Source: Bacteroidales bacterium (GTDB lineage: Bacteria; Bacteroidota; Bacteroidia; Bacteroidales; UBA932). Taken from it: a stretch of DNA of 64,000 nucleotides. The translations under genes were made by a program, and so were the position numbers. Shown here in pieces: positions 46,657 to 56,137 of this stretch; within the stretch, counting starts at the first letter, position 1; every line of letters begins with the position of its first letter. Below the pieces are notes generated by a model. That model searched no databases, had not been told where the DNA came from, and saw only the letters and a program-made list of their open reading frames with translations. The stretch spans positions 12,542 to 76,541 of the forward strand of contig JAKSKB010000001.1 of the NCBI GenBank assembly GCA_024401975.1, in the 5' to 3' direction.

Positions 46657-49188
46657 ATGAAAAAACTCATTCTATTGTGCGCTGTGGCCGTCGCAGCTGT
46701 GGGCTGCACGAAACACAACCGTGGGAACGACGGCAGGTTCACCTGCTTCCTTCCCCGTATGACCGTCACGACAAAGGCGGAAATCGAAGTCAATACAGCG
46801 GAATCGTTCGCCAAACTCACCTGGAACCAGGACGACAAGGTGATGATAAACGGCGTGCCGTATGTCATTTCCAACTGGACGGAAGATTTGTCTATGGGAG
46901 AATTCACGAGCGTGAGCGCGTCCGCTTCAGTGCCTGAGGCCCCCTACAAGGTCTGCTTCCCTGCGGACAGCTGGTCTCCCCTCGGAATAATCCTCCCCAA
47001 GGTGCAGCATTACAGCAAGGACGGTGTTCTTGAGGACGGACTGCCCCTCTACGCAATGGGCACCGACTACACACTCAAACTCAAGAACGTCTGCGGGATT
47101 CTTTCGATTCATCCGGAGGAAACTCTGGCGCAATTCGGCAAAAACGGGATAAACAGAGTCGAAGTGACTGCCGACCAGCCCCTCTTCGGCCTATGGTCGC
47201 CGGAGGAGAGTGAATTCGTCACCCCCGAAGAAGGCGCCCTGGTGCTGGATTGCGGAGAAGGCCTGAAATCGGATTGGATATGCATCGGAGTACCTGCCGG
47301 AAGATACACCAATCTGGTCTATAAGATTTATTCCGCCTCCGGCGAAGTCTCCGTGATAAGAGAGGACGTCAGGGTCGTCAAGACCGCCGACGTCAGCGAT
47401 TTCAAGGGCAAGGCTGAAAACGAGATGGCGTTCGAGAGGCTCAGTCTCTATATGAACTACCTCTACGGCACTCCCGACTGGACTCTTTTCAACGAAATCG
47501 GAACCGATGAGTACACCTGGTCGGACAACACTCCGGCGTGGGCCGACTCCACTCTTGATAAGAATGGGATGAAACTTCTTCCCGACAACGAGCCCCTGCG
47601 CAAGATATGGGGAGTATCTTATTCCTGCATCAACCTGGCCAATCTTCTCCTTGGGGAAATTGACAAAGCGAAAGGAGACGATGTGCTGATAAGTCCTGCA
47701 GTCACGGCCGAAGCCAATTTCTACCGCGCCCTAAGCTATTTCAACCTGGTGAGGATTTTCGGAGGAGTGCCTGTCGTGACGGAATACTCCGCCGAGATTT
47801 TCAAGGAACTCAAGGAAAGGAATACAGTGGAGGAAATTTACAAATTCATTTTTGAGGATTTGAAAAAATCGGTAAATTCTCTCCCCGACATCCCCCGCTA
47901 TGCGGGCGGTCCCAACAAGAACGCAGCCCGTCTCCTCAGCGCTCAGGCATATCTCACCTTCGGTTGGTGGAACGAGAATCCCAATAATATACCCACTTAT
48001 CCTGAAGAGACGAGAGGTACCAGCACTGCTTCATCGTGTTTTCAAGACGCGTATGACATAGCGGAAGAGGCAATAAACAATCCTGCCAGATTCAAGTTGA
48101 TGGACACTTTCGCAGAGGTCAATCTTGCCCAGAATGACTTCAACAACAATGAGGTTCTACTCTATGCCGACCACAGAAGGGACGCGGAGGCTCTCGGGCT
48201 TCCTTCCTACGGATGGGACCTGGGCACTCCCTGCAACCTTGCGGGGCAGCAGACGAACTGGCATTATGACAATGCTATGATAGACAGCGTCAACGTGCTG
48301 TTTGTCGATGACTGCCAGCACTACGGCTATCCAGCCTCCACTATGGCCCCCGTACCGGACGCATTGAAGAAATTCACTGACGTTGACAAGGATTTCAGAT
48401 GGGACGGAACTTTCACCACCGTTTGCCGCGCCAACTGGGATAAGGTAGGGTATGACGAACAAGTTATCGGTCCCCAGGGCGAGATAAAGCCCGGCGCCCC
48501 TGTCCTCGAATTCCTCTCCTACGATGACTCGAACATAAAGTATGACCAGAAGAATCTGGGCCTCAATTTCGGGACTCTTGAGCAAAACCACTACTATGTC
48601 AACATCTCTGACGTATCCCGTTCGGACTTCCCCGCTATGCACAAGATGGTGAACGGCTTCCCCGGCAGGGCGACTCTGGGTGACCCGATATCTTCCTCGA
48701 AAAGGCCGTCCCCCATTTTCAAGTTCAGTGAATTATATCTGATTAAAGCCGAGGCCGCCTTCAAAGTGGGAAAAAATTCAGATAGCCGAGATTTTGTCAA
48801 TATTCTCCGCGCGCGTGCAGGCAAATGGAAGTTCCAATGGTCTGAAAAGACTGACGAGCAATTGGACAGCGAATTGAGCAGTTATTTTATCGAAAAGGAT
48901 TATAGTGCTGATTTAGTTGCTGCGACCCCGCAAACGATGACCATCGACTATATCCTTGACGAGAGGCTAAGGGAGTTCTGGGGCGAAGGTCTGCGCCGTT
49001 TCGACCTTATCCGCACCCAGAAATTTCACGAAAAAGCGAAGGTGCATCATATCTCGTTAGGGCACGACCGTGGTCCTAAGGAAGTTGTCCGCAACATCCC
49101 CCCGGAGGCATATCTCTGCCCCATTCCGCAGGCTCAGGTTGACCTTTCGGGCATAAAGCAGCTCTGGTGGAAGCCGGAGACTGAGTAA
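46657..49188 (+). CDS. lipoprotein fusing a fimbrillin (type V pilin)-like N-terminal domain to a SusD/RagB domain
   Basis: Lipobox AVGC and TTKA; W..DDKV.IN, LPKVQ.Y, P.YA, LKNVCGIL and VPAG.Y; then GTDE, YSCINLAN, AEANFYRA..YF.LV..FGGVP, SELYLIKAEA, N.LRARAG, ER.REF.GEG.R.FDL.R. Confidence 0.8.
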   Translation: MKKLILLCAVAVAAVGCTKHNRGNDGRFTCFLPRMTVTTKAEIEVNTAESFAKLTWNQDDKVMINGVPYVISNWTEDLSMGEFTSVSASASVPEAPYKVCFPADSWSPLGIILPKVQHYSKDGVLEDGLPLYAMGTDYTLKLKNVCGILSIHPEETLAQFGKNGINRVEVTADQPLFGLWSPEESEFVTPEEGALVLDCGEGLKSDWICIGVPAGRYTNLVYKIYSASGEVSVIREDVRVVKTADVSDFKGKAENEMAFERLSLYMNYLYGTPDWTLFNEIGTDEYTWSDNTPAWADSTLDKNGMKLLPDNEPLRKIWGVSYSCINLANLLLGEIDKAKGDDVLISPAVTAEANFYRALSYFNLVRIFGGVPVVTEYSAEIFKELKERNTVEEIYKFIFEDLKKSVNSLPDIPRYAGGPNKNAARLLSAQAYLTFGWWNENPNNIPTYPEETRGTSTASSCFQDAYDIAEEAINNPARFKLMDTFAEVNLAQNDFNNNEVLLYADHRRDAEALGLPSYGWDLGTPCNLAGQQTNWHYDNAMIDSVNVLFVDDCQHYGYPASTMAPVPDALKKFTDVDKDFRWDGTFTTVCRANWDKVGYDEQVIGPQGEIKPGAPVLEFLSYDDSNIKYDQKNLGLNFGTLEQNHYYVNISDVSRSDFPAMHKMVNGFPGRATLGDPISSSKRPSPIFKFSELYLIKAEAAFKVGKNSDSRDFVNILRARAGKWKFQWSEKTDEQLDSELSSYFIEKDYSADLVAATPQTMTIDYILDERLREFWGEGLRRFDLIRTQKFHEKAKVHHISLGHDRGPKEVVRNIPPEAYLCPIPQAQVDLSGIKQLWWKPETE

Positions 49189-49213
49189 AAACATTGAAAA
49201 TTAAAAGTTCGAT

Positions 49214-49241
49214 GGGGTTGACCGAAAAGTCAACCCCTTTT
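49214..49241. terminator. probable intrinsic terminator
   Basis: GGGGTTGAC-CGAAAA-GTCAACCCC-TTTT between convergent genes. Confidence 0.7.
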
Positions 49242-49407
49242 GTCTTACCCCCGCTGCTGACGCAGCTGCCCCGGTGGGGCATGCCGCTTGCACTTCGTTC
49301 CAGCGGGTGTCTCCGTGGCTCAATATTCATTTCGCTCACTCCGACACGGCGCTGAAGCGCCTTATTAGTCCATCCCTATTATTTTACCCCTGCTGCTGAC
49401 GCAGCTG
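49214..49407 (-). repeat. dispersed palindromic repeat element, copy 2 (longer, with internal duplication)
   Basis: 49214-49308 matches 8073-8167 on the opposite strand. The 24-mer at 49245-49268 recurs at 49384-49407 with one mismatch. Confidence 0.88.
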
Positions 49408-49410
49408 TAT

Positions 49411-50760
49411 TCACATCACCAGATTGGTGATGAAGATGACCAGTATCGCGATGGGGGCGAGGTACCTCATAAGGAAATAGAATACACCGAACAGACGCCC
49501 CGAAAGAGTCTGCGTGCCTACGCCTGTGAATTCGTCGCGCACGTCCGCCTTTTTCATCACCCATCCCACGAAAATGACTAACAGTATGCTCCCCAAAGGC
49601 ATAAGGAAGTTGGACGTGAGCTGGTCGCAAAATTCGAATACGGTCCGCCCTGCAAGCTTTATTTCCGACAAGGTGCCGAACGACAGGGAACATATCGCTC
49701 CGAGAAACCAGGCGAAGAGAAACACGATATACACTGCCTGACGGCGGGAGCACCCCTTTTCGTCAACGAGATACGACACTCCGACCTCGAACTGGGAAAT
49801 CGAGGACGTGAGAGCCGCCATCACGATGGAAAAGAAAAAGACTATGGATATCAACCTGCTCAAAAAGGGAACCTCCATACCCATCCTGGAGAAAATGTAC
49901 GGAAGCGTCTCGAAAATGAGGCCCGGCCCTTCTCCGGGAGATATGCCCGCGGAAAAGACAGCCGGAAGTATGGCAAACCCGGCGATGAGAGCGAACAGAA
50001 GATCTCCCATTGCCGTCCCCACGCCCGTAGCAAGGATATTCTCCTGCTTTTTCATATATGAGGCGTAGGTAAGTACCGTTCCGGCCCCCAGAGAGAGGGA
50101 AAAGAAACTCTGCCCCAGGGCCGCCGCTATGGCGGAAGGCGTGATGCTGTGGAAATCAGGATTCAGAAGATATTTCACCCCCTCCTTCGCACCCGGAAGC
50201 ATAAGCGAATATACCATTATGAGAAGCATCATCACGAAAAGAAGGGGAAGACTGACCTTATTGAACTTCTCTATCCCGGACTTGATACCTTTCATCACGA
50301 TAAGCGCCGTAATTCCCAGAAATATGGTATGGAATACTATGGGCCGGCTGGCAGATCCTATGAAAGACGCGAAAGAGGAGTCCCCGTATGCGGAAAATCC
50401 GGACACGAGCGACACCATAAAATAATTGACGGACCAGCCGCCCACTACGCTGTAGTACGAAAGGATTACTATCGGCGTTATCACAGTCAATATCCCCAGC
50501 CATTTCCAGCGCGGAGACGGAGCGAGTTTCTTCATCGCTCCGAAACAGTTGGAATGGGAGCGTCTTCCTATCGTGGCTTCCGCAATGAAAATCGGTACCG
50601 ATATGAATATGCAGGCGGCTATGTACACCAATATGAATGCCGCGCCGCCATATTTCCCTGCGATGTAGGGAAAACGCCAGATGTTACCAAGTCCTATGGC
50701 AGAACCTGCCATAGCCAGTATGACCGTCAGATTGCTTCCGAAATGTTCTCTGTCTGCCAT
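49411..50760 (-). CDS. NSS (SNF) family sodium-dependent transporter
   Basis: AGSAIGLGNIWRFPY, GGAAF, GQSFFSLSLG, TYASY, GPGLIF, AALTSSIS. Confidence 0.93.
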   Translation of the reverse strand: MADREHFGSNLTVILAMAGSAIGLGNIWRFPYIAGKYGGAAFILVYIAACIFISVPIFIAEATIGRRSHSNCFGAMKKLAPSPRWKWLGILTVITPIVILSYYSVVGGWSVNYFMVSLVSGFSAYGDSSFASFIGSASRPIVFHTIFLGITALIVMKGIKSGIEKFNKVSLPLLFVMMLLIMVYSLMLPGAKEGVKYLLNPDFHSITPSAIAAALGQSFFSLSLGAGTVLTYASYMKKQENILATGVGTAMGDLLFALIAGFAILPAVFSAGISPGEGPGLIFETLPYIFSRMGMEVPFLSRLISIVFFFSIVMAALTSSISQFEVGVSYLVDEKGCSRRQAVYIVFLFAWFLGAICSLSFGTLSEIKLAGRTVFEFCDQLTSNFLMPLGSILLVIFVGWVMKKADVRDEFTGVGTQTLSGRLFGVFYFLMRYLAPIAILVIFITNLVM

Positions 50761-52128
50761 TTACAATATGAAATTCGTGATAAAAATCGTCAGGACAGCA
50801 ACGGGAGCTATCCATTTGATGAAAAAATAAAATCCTTTGAATATCCTGACACTGTTTTTCTTTGTCCCGCCGTTGGTGAATTCGTCATAGACATCTTCCC
50901 TTTTCATTGCAAATCCGACGAAAAGCACCGTGAGCAGCGACATTACCAGCAACAGGATGTTGGACGTCAGCCAGTCGAGCATTTCGAAGATGATTTTCCC
51001 CCTGATGACAAAGGAACTCAACGGCCCGAATGAGAGAGAGCAAATCACTCCCAGGGAGCCGCAAAGCAGAAAGACTACAAGACAGGCCCTGATTCTTCCC
51101 ATCGAGAATTTTTCCTTGAGGAAAGACACTCCGACTTCAATCAGGGATATGCACGAGGTCATCGCCGCTACAACTACGGCAAGGAAGAACACAATCGATA
51201 TGATGGCGCTCAACGTAGGGTGCTCCATCCCCATCTTGGAGAATACGTACGGAATGCTCTGGAATATGAGTCCCGGTCCGGCGCCGGGCTGCATTCCTCC
51301 GGCGAATACCGCCGGCATCACGGCAAAAGCCGCCAGCACGGCAAAGAAAAGAGTGGATATCGCCGTCCATATGCCCGCCGACGGAATGCTCTCCTCTTTC
51401 TTGATATAGGACCCGTAGGTGATGACGGCTCCCATACCCAACGACAGGGAATAGAAACTCTGCCCCATCGCATAAGCTATGGAACGCGGGGTAATCTGGC
51501 TGAAATCGGGTTTGACCAGATATTCCACCCCTTTTTCCGCGCCCGGAAGCGATATGGAATAGATTATGACCACCAATACCAGAACGAACAGCGCGGGGAT
51601 GGTTATCTTGCTGAACATCTCTATCCCGAACTGTATGCCGCGCGCCACCACGAACGTGCAGGCCGCCATAAAGAGCAGATGCATCAGGAGCGGGAGGAAA
51701 GGGGATGATATGAACTTGTTGAAAATCACGGCAGTGTCCGCGTCGGAATAAAATATGAATTCTCCGCCGAGCGACTTGAACAGATATTCCAGAGACCAGC
51801 CGCCTATGACACAGTAATATGAGTTGATAAGCAGCGGTATCGCCACCGAAAGTACTCCGGCCGCTTTCCACAGCGAGTGTCCGGGGCGGAGCTTGCTCAT
51901 CGCGCTGAAAGAACTTGCCCGTGCACGGCGTCCTATGACTGCTTCTGATATGAAAACCGGCAGGGAGATTATGAACGTCGCGAGGATATACACGACGGCG
52001 AAAGCGGCTCCGCCGTACTCTCCCACCATATACGGGAACCTCCAGATACTGCCGAGGCCTATGGCCGAACCCGCCAAAGCGGCCACCACGGCTATCCTTC
52101 CTCCGAAATTCTCTCTCTTGTTTTCCAT
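50761..52128 (-). CDS. NSS (SNF) family sodium-dependent transporter
   Basis: AGSAIGLGSIWRFPY, GQSFYSLSLG, TYGSY, GPGLIF, AAMTSCIS. Confidence 0.93.
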   Translation of the reverse strand: MENKRENFGGRIAVVAALAGSAIGLGSIWRFPYMVGEYGGAAFAVVYILATFIISLPVFISEAVIGRRARASSFSAMSKLRPGHSLWKAAGVLSVAIPLLINSYYCVIGGWSLEYLFKSLGGEFIFYSDADTAVIFNKFISSPFLPLLMHLLFMAACTFVVARGIQFGIEMFSKITIPALFVLVLVVIIYSISLPGAEKGVEYLVKPDFSQITPRSIAYAMGQSFYSLSLGMGAVITYGSYIKKEESIPSAGIWTAISTLFFAVLAAFAVMPAVFAGGMQPGAGPGLIFQSIPYVFSKMGMEHPTLSAIISIVFFLAVVVAAMTSCISLIEVGVSFLKEKFSMGRIRACLVVFLLCGSLGVICSLSFGPLSSFVIRGKIIFEMLDWLTSNILLLVMSLLTVLFVGFAMKREDVYDEFTNGGTKKNSVRIFKGFYFFIKWIAPVAVLTIFITNFIL

Positions 52129-52616
52129 TATCTGCGCTTGTAAACGACAAATTCGAACTTGACTCCGGAAGCAGGGTCCGTCTTCATCTCCGAGCGTTCA
52201 GTGACTTTCCATTTCTGTGGGTCTATCTCAGGGAAAAACACGTCAGCTTCGGGCACAACCGTGTGTACGTGAGTGATATACAGCGTATCCATCATATCAA
52301 TCGCCGCACGATAGACGGACGCACCCCCCATTATGAAGGACTTCTCACAATCCCCCGCAGCCGAAAAAGCTTCCTCGAAGGAATTGACGCAGGTCACTTC
52401 CGGAATCGGGTCGCCTCCCAGATTGAGGACTATGTTGAGACGGTCCTTGAGAGGACGGAAAGGGAGGGAGAAATACGTGGTGCGTCCCATTATCACAGGA
52501 CATCCCCGGGTAATCCTCTTGAAATACTGCAAGTCTTCGGAAATATGCCAGGGGAGGTCTCCCCTCACCCCTATGGCATTATCGTCGGCTATGGCGACTA
52601 TCAGACACTTTTCCAT
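52128..52616 (-). CDS. folA: dihydrofolate reductase
   Basis: IVAIA...IG...LPW..SEDL.YFK, IMGRTT, RPL..RLNIVL, GGA.VY, D.FFP. Confidence 0.95.
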   Translation of the reverse strand: MEKCLIVAIADDNAIGVRGDLPWHISEDLQYFKRITRGCPVIMGRTTYFSLPFRPLKDRLNIVLNLGGDPIPEVTCVNSFEEAFSAAGDCEKSFIMGGASVYRAAIDMMDTLYITHVHTVVPEADVFFPEIDPQKWKVTERSEMKTDPASGVKFEFVVYKRR

Positions 52617-52620
52617 AAAT

Positions 52621-53415
52621 TCATACTGCTACGGGAGCCTTGATGGCCGGCCACGGGTCATAATCTTCGAGAGTGAAATCCTCATATCTGAACGAGAAGA
52701 TGTCCTTCACGTCGGGATTTATCCGCATTGAAGGCAGCTGACGCGGCTCTCGCGAAAGCTGAAGGTCCACCTGCTCCAAATGGTTGAGATATATGTGGGT
52801 GTCACCCGTCGTATGGATGAATTCACCCGGTTCGAGCCCGCACACCTGCGCAAGCATCATTGTCAGAAGGGAATAGGACGCTATGTTGAAAGGGACGCCG
52901 AGAAAAGTGTCCGCACTGCGCTGGTAAAGCTGGCAGGACAGCCTGCCCCCGGCAACATAGAACTGGAACAGGCAGTGGCAGGGCGGCAGGGCCATCTTTT
53001 CCACTTCCCCGACATTCCAGGCGGAGACGAGCATCCTGCGGGAGTCGGGATTATTCCTTATCATATCGACAATCCCTGAGAGTTGGTCTATCTCCTTTCC
53101 ATCGGGAGTCGGCCAACTTCTCCACTGGTGCCCGTATATCGGGCCCAAATCGCCGTTTTCATCGGCCCATTCGTCCCAAATCGACACGTTGTGGTCGTGG
53201 AGATACTTGACGTTGGTGTCTCCCGCTATGAACCACAGCAATTCGTAAATGATAGATTTGAGGTGTACCTTCTTGGTCGTGAGCAGAGGGAATCCCTTGC
53301 TCAGGTCATAGCGGCACTGATACCCGAACACGCTCAGGGTACCGACACCTGTCCTGTCCTTCTTTTCCACTCCGTTGTCACGGATGTACTTAAGCATTTC
53401 AAGATACTGTTTCAT
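52621..53415 (-). CDS. thyA: thymidylate synthase
   Basis: [52 protein letters not shown]. Confidence 0.98.
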   Translation of the reverse strand: MKQYLEMLKYIRDNGVEKKDRTGVGTLSVFGYQCRYDLSKGFPLLTTKKVHLKSIIYELLWFIAGDTNVKYLHDHNVSIWDEWADENGDLGPIYGHQWRSWPTPDGKEIDQLSGIVDMIRNNPDSRRMLVSAWNVGEVEKMALPPCHCLFQFYVAGGRLSCQLYQRSADTFLGVPFNIASYSLLTMMLAQVCGLEPGEFIHTTGDTHIYLNHLEQVDLQLSREPRQLPSMRINPDVKDIFSFRYEDFTLEDYDPWPAIKAPVAV

Positions 53416-54359
53416 ATTCGGTCCAACAAAAAATTTTCAAGCATTTCAAGTTCCGCGTCCTTCAGCAGCACCTTCTTGTCCCTGTCGAGGAGATATGCGG
53501 AAGGTATGGCCCTGACGTCGTACAATGTCCCGTTGCGGATTGCAAGGTCGGGGTCGTATCCGCATATCCACTCACGCGGAAGATCTTTCGTCTTGTCCAT
53601 CCATTCCCCCACGTCTTCGTCAATGTAGATGCCCAATATGTTCAGGCGTCCGGACTTCACTCCCTTCAGGATTTCCTCTTTCCCGAGGACTTCGACGGCA
53701 TCACCGCAGGCGTGACACCCGGGGTTGATGAACACCAGCACGGTATATTCCGCATCGGTGCCGTACAGAGTCCGTGTCCTTCCTTCCGTATCGATGAAAC
53801 GGAAGTCGGCGGAAGCTGTACCGCGACAGTTGAGCGCGCTTTTTTCCGCCTGATTCTCATAATATGCCTTCTTCCCTTCGGGGCAAAGCGCGGACGTGGC
53901 CACGGCGGCGGCGAAAGGTGAATAGATATCTTCGTCGCGCAGGGGGGACACCGGATTGTACAGAACTTCCTCAACGATGGGAATCAACCCTCCGACACCG
54001 GATTCGGGCCTCGCAATGGCATATTCCTCCATCCGGGTGAACATTCCTGAAAGGATTTTTCTTGCGGAAGCGAGATCTTTCATCTCCAGCATACGCGCAT
54101 AAAGACCGACTGCCGGAAGCAGTTCATCGGTCTTCACCCCGTTGATATGGATGGAATCGCACAGGTATTTCTCTTCCCCTGCATCGAAAAAACCGTCCCA
54201 GAAACGGGTTACCCTGTAATCGAGGATTTCCTTTTCGTCGCACATCACAGCCGGAGCCTCCACCAGAGGGAAAGCCCTTTCAACCCGCTCCTCCGCGCAA
54301 GAGACGCACAGGAGGACCGTCAGGGCCGCAGCGGCCGTATGAATAATCTTCCTATCCAT
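53412..54359 (-). CDS. DUF5106-like lipoprotein with C-terminal thioredoxin fold
   Basis: Lipobox CVSC; [16 protein letters not shown]; PGCHAC; [19 protein letters not shown]. Confidence 0.78.
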   Translation of the reverse strand: MDRKIIHTAAAALTVLLCVSCAEERVERAFPLVEAPAVMCDEKEILDYRVTRFWDGFFDAGEEKYLCDSIHINGVKTDELLPAVGLYARMLEMKDLASARKILSGMFTRMEEYAIARPESGVGGLIPIVEEVLYNPVSPLRDEDIYSPFAAAVATSALCPEGKKAYYENQAEKSALNCRGTASADFRFIDTEGRTRTLYGTDAEYTVLVFINPGCHACGDAVEVLGKEEILKGVKSGRLNILGIYIDEDVGEWMDKTKDLPREWICGYDPDLAIRNGTLYDVRAIPSAYLLDRDKKVLLKDAELEMLENFLLDRI

Positions 54360-56079
54360 TTACAGTGACGAGTGCCTGGGAAATGTTGATTATGAAGTCC
54401 CCTATCTTTTCGAGTTCGTTGATTATGTCCATATAGAAGCCACCTGCCTTGTAGTTGTATCTGGCCTTCTCGAGGTTCACGATATGTTCCTCGCGGAGAA
54501 GGTTGCGGTAGTCGTTGATGCGCTGCTCAGCTTCACGGGCGTTGTCTATCGTGGTCAGATTCGTCTTGTTCAGGTTGGCCATCATAGCCTCGTAGGCACC
54601 GTCCACAAGAGCAATCATCTTGCAGAGCCTTTCCACCATCGCCTTGTCGAACTTCTGCGAATAGGCCCTCGCGCGCATCAGCATCCTGCTTATGGCCTCC
54701 CCGGAGTCACCGAGACTTTCCATCTCGCCTATTATCTTGTACATACTTTTGATGAGTACGGTGGAGGAAAGGCTTATCTCTCCTTTGGTCACCTCATTGA
54801 GGTAGGAGGCTATTTCCATCTCGACCTGGTCGGTTATCTCTTCGTACTTCACCAGTTTCTGTATGTATTCGTCAGCCTTGGCCTCATCCTTTTCCGTCAC
54901 GGCCTTTTCCACATAGTCGAATCCCTTGCGGCATATCTCGCCGAAATGCACGATTTCCTGCTTGGCTTCGTTGAGAGAAAGTTCGGCGGTGCCGAGCGGA
55001 CCTCCCTGGATGAATTTTATGCGGTACACTTCCTCGCTTTCATTGCCGGGTACCATCCAGGTCACAATCTTTTCAATGACAGGCACAAACCAGATGAGAA
55101 CCATCGTGTTGATTATGTTGAAAAGGGAGTGGAGCGTGGCGACCACGAACGGAAGGGAAGCCACCAGGGCAGCCCTGGTTTCAGGGTCGGCGGAATCAAA
55201 GGAGGTCCCGACGGGGTTGGGGAAGCCGAACAGAGTCACTATGTCACCTATCAGACCGAGGAACGGATGGAACAGCGAGAAAGTCCAGCATACTCCGAAC
55301 AGGTTGAAAAGCATATGCGCCCTTGCAGTGCGCTTGGCGGACACGTTAGCCACCGAAGCGGCTATATTGGAGGTGATGGTCGTACCTATGTTCTCTCCGA
55401 GTACCATCGCAGCAGCCATCTCGAAAGGGATGTAGCCGTTGGAGACGAGTACCATCGTGATGGCCATCGTGGCCGCGGAGGACTGGAGCATCAGGGTCAT
55501 CACGGCTCCCACCACCAGGAATATCATTATCGACCCGACTCCGAAAGAAGTGAGATGGGATAGGAACTGGCGCACCGCCTCCGTATCAAGCACGGAGGTG
55601 GAAGTCTCCCTGAGTATGGTCAGACCGAGGAACAGCATCGCGAATCCCATCAGGAATTCCCCGAAATTCTTCCACTTCTTCGATTTGAGCGACATACTGA
55701 CGAAGGCGAAGAACATCAGCGGCACGGCAATGGCTCCCAGACTGAAAGACGAGCCTCCGAAAGACAGGGCGAATATCCACGCCGTCACCGTGGTGCCTAT
55801 GTTGGCGCCCATTATCACGCCTATCGCGTTTGCCAGTGAAAGGAGACCGGCATTCACGAAACTCACAAGCATCAGGGTGGTGGCAGTCGAGGACTGCACG
55901 AGTGCTGTCACCACGATACCGGTTACCACTCTCTTGAAAGCCGTCGAAGTCATCGACGCCATAAAGGCGCGAAGCTTGTCTCCTGCCATTTTCTGCAATC
56001 CGCCGCTCATCAGGGACATCCCGTAAAGGAACATTCCCAAAGAGCCGAGCATAGTAAAAACCTGAAAAGTGGTACCCAT
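54352..56079 (-). CDS. Na/Pi cotransporter family protein with PhoU-like domains
   Basis: Two QSS repeats, GANIGTT and GENIGTT; C-terminal E..GD helical repeats. Confidence 0.93.
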   Translation of the reverse strand: MGTTFQVFTMLGSLGMFLYGMSLMSGGLQKMAGDKLRAFMASMTSTAFKRVVTGIVVTALVQSSTATTLMLVSFVNAGLLSLANAIGVIMGANIGTTVTAWIFALSFGGSSFSLGAIAVPLMFFAFVSMSLKSKKWKNFGEFLMGFAMLFLGLTILRETSTSVLDTEAVRQFLSHLTSFGVGSIMIFLVVGAVMTLMLQSSAATMAITMVLVSNGYIPFEMAAAMVLGENIGTTITSNIAASVANVSAKRTARAHMLFNLFGVCWTFSLFHPFLGLIGDIVTLFGFPNPVGTSFDSADPETRAALVASLPFVVATLHSLFNIINTMVLIWFVPVIEKIVTWMVPGNESEEVYRIKFIQGGPLGTAELSLNEAKQEIVHFGEICRKGFDYVEKAVTEKDEAKADEYIQKLVKYEEITDQVEMEIASYLNEVTKGEISLSSTVLIKSMYKIIGEMESLGDSGEAISRMLMRARAYSQKFDKAMVERLCKMIALVDGAYEAMMANLNKTNLTTIDNAREAEQRINDYRNLLREEHIVNLEKARYNYKAGGFYMDIINELEKIGDFIINISQALVTVNG

Positions 56080-56105
56080 CTGCCTGTTCTTAAAAGAAAA
56101 TCTGT

Positions 56106-56133
56106 CAAAATTAGTAAAAATAAATTAGTTTTG
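56106..56133. promoter_or_regulatory. divergent -7 elements for the Na/Pi operon (minus) and the large OM protein (plus)
   Basis: TAATTTTG on the minus strand at 56106-56113 and TAGTTTTG on the plus strand at 56126-56133. Confidence 0.55.
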
Positions 56134-56137
56134 CCCT

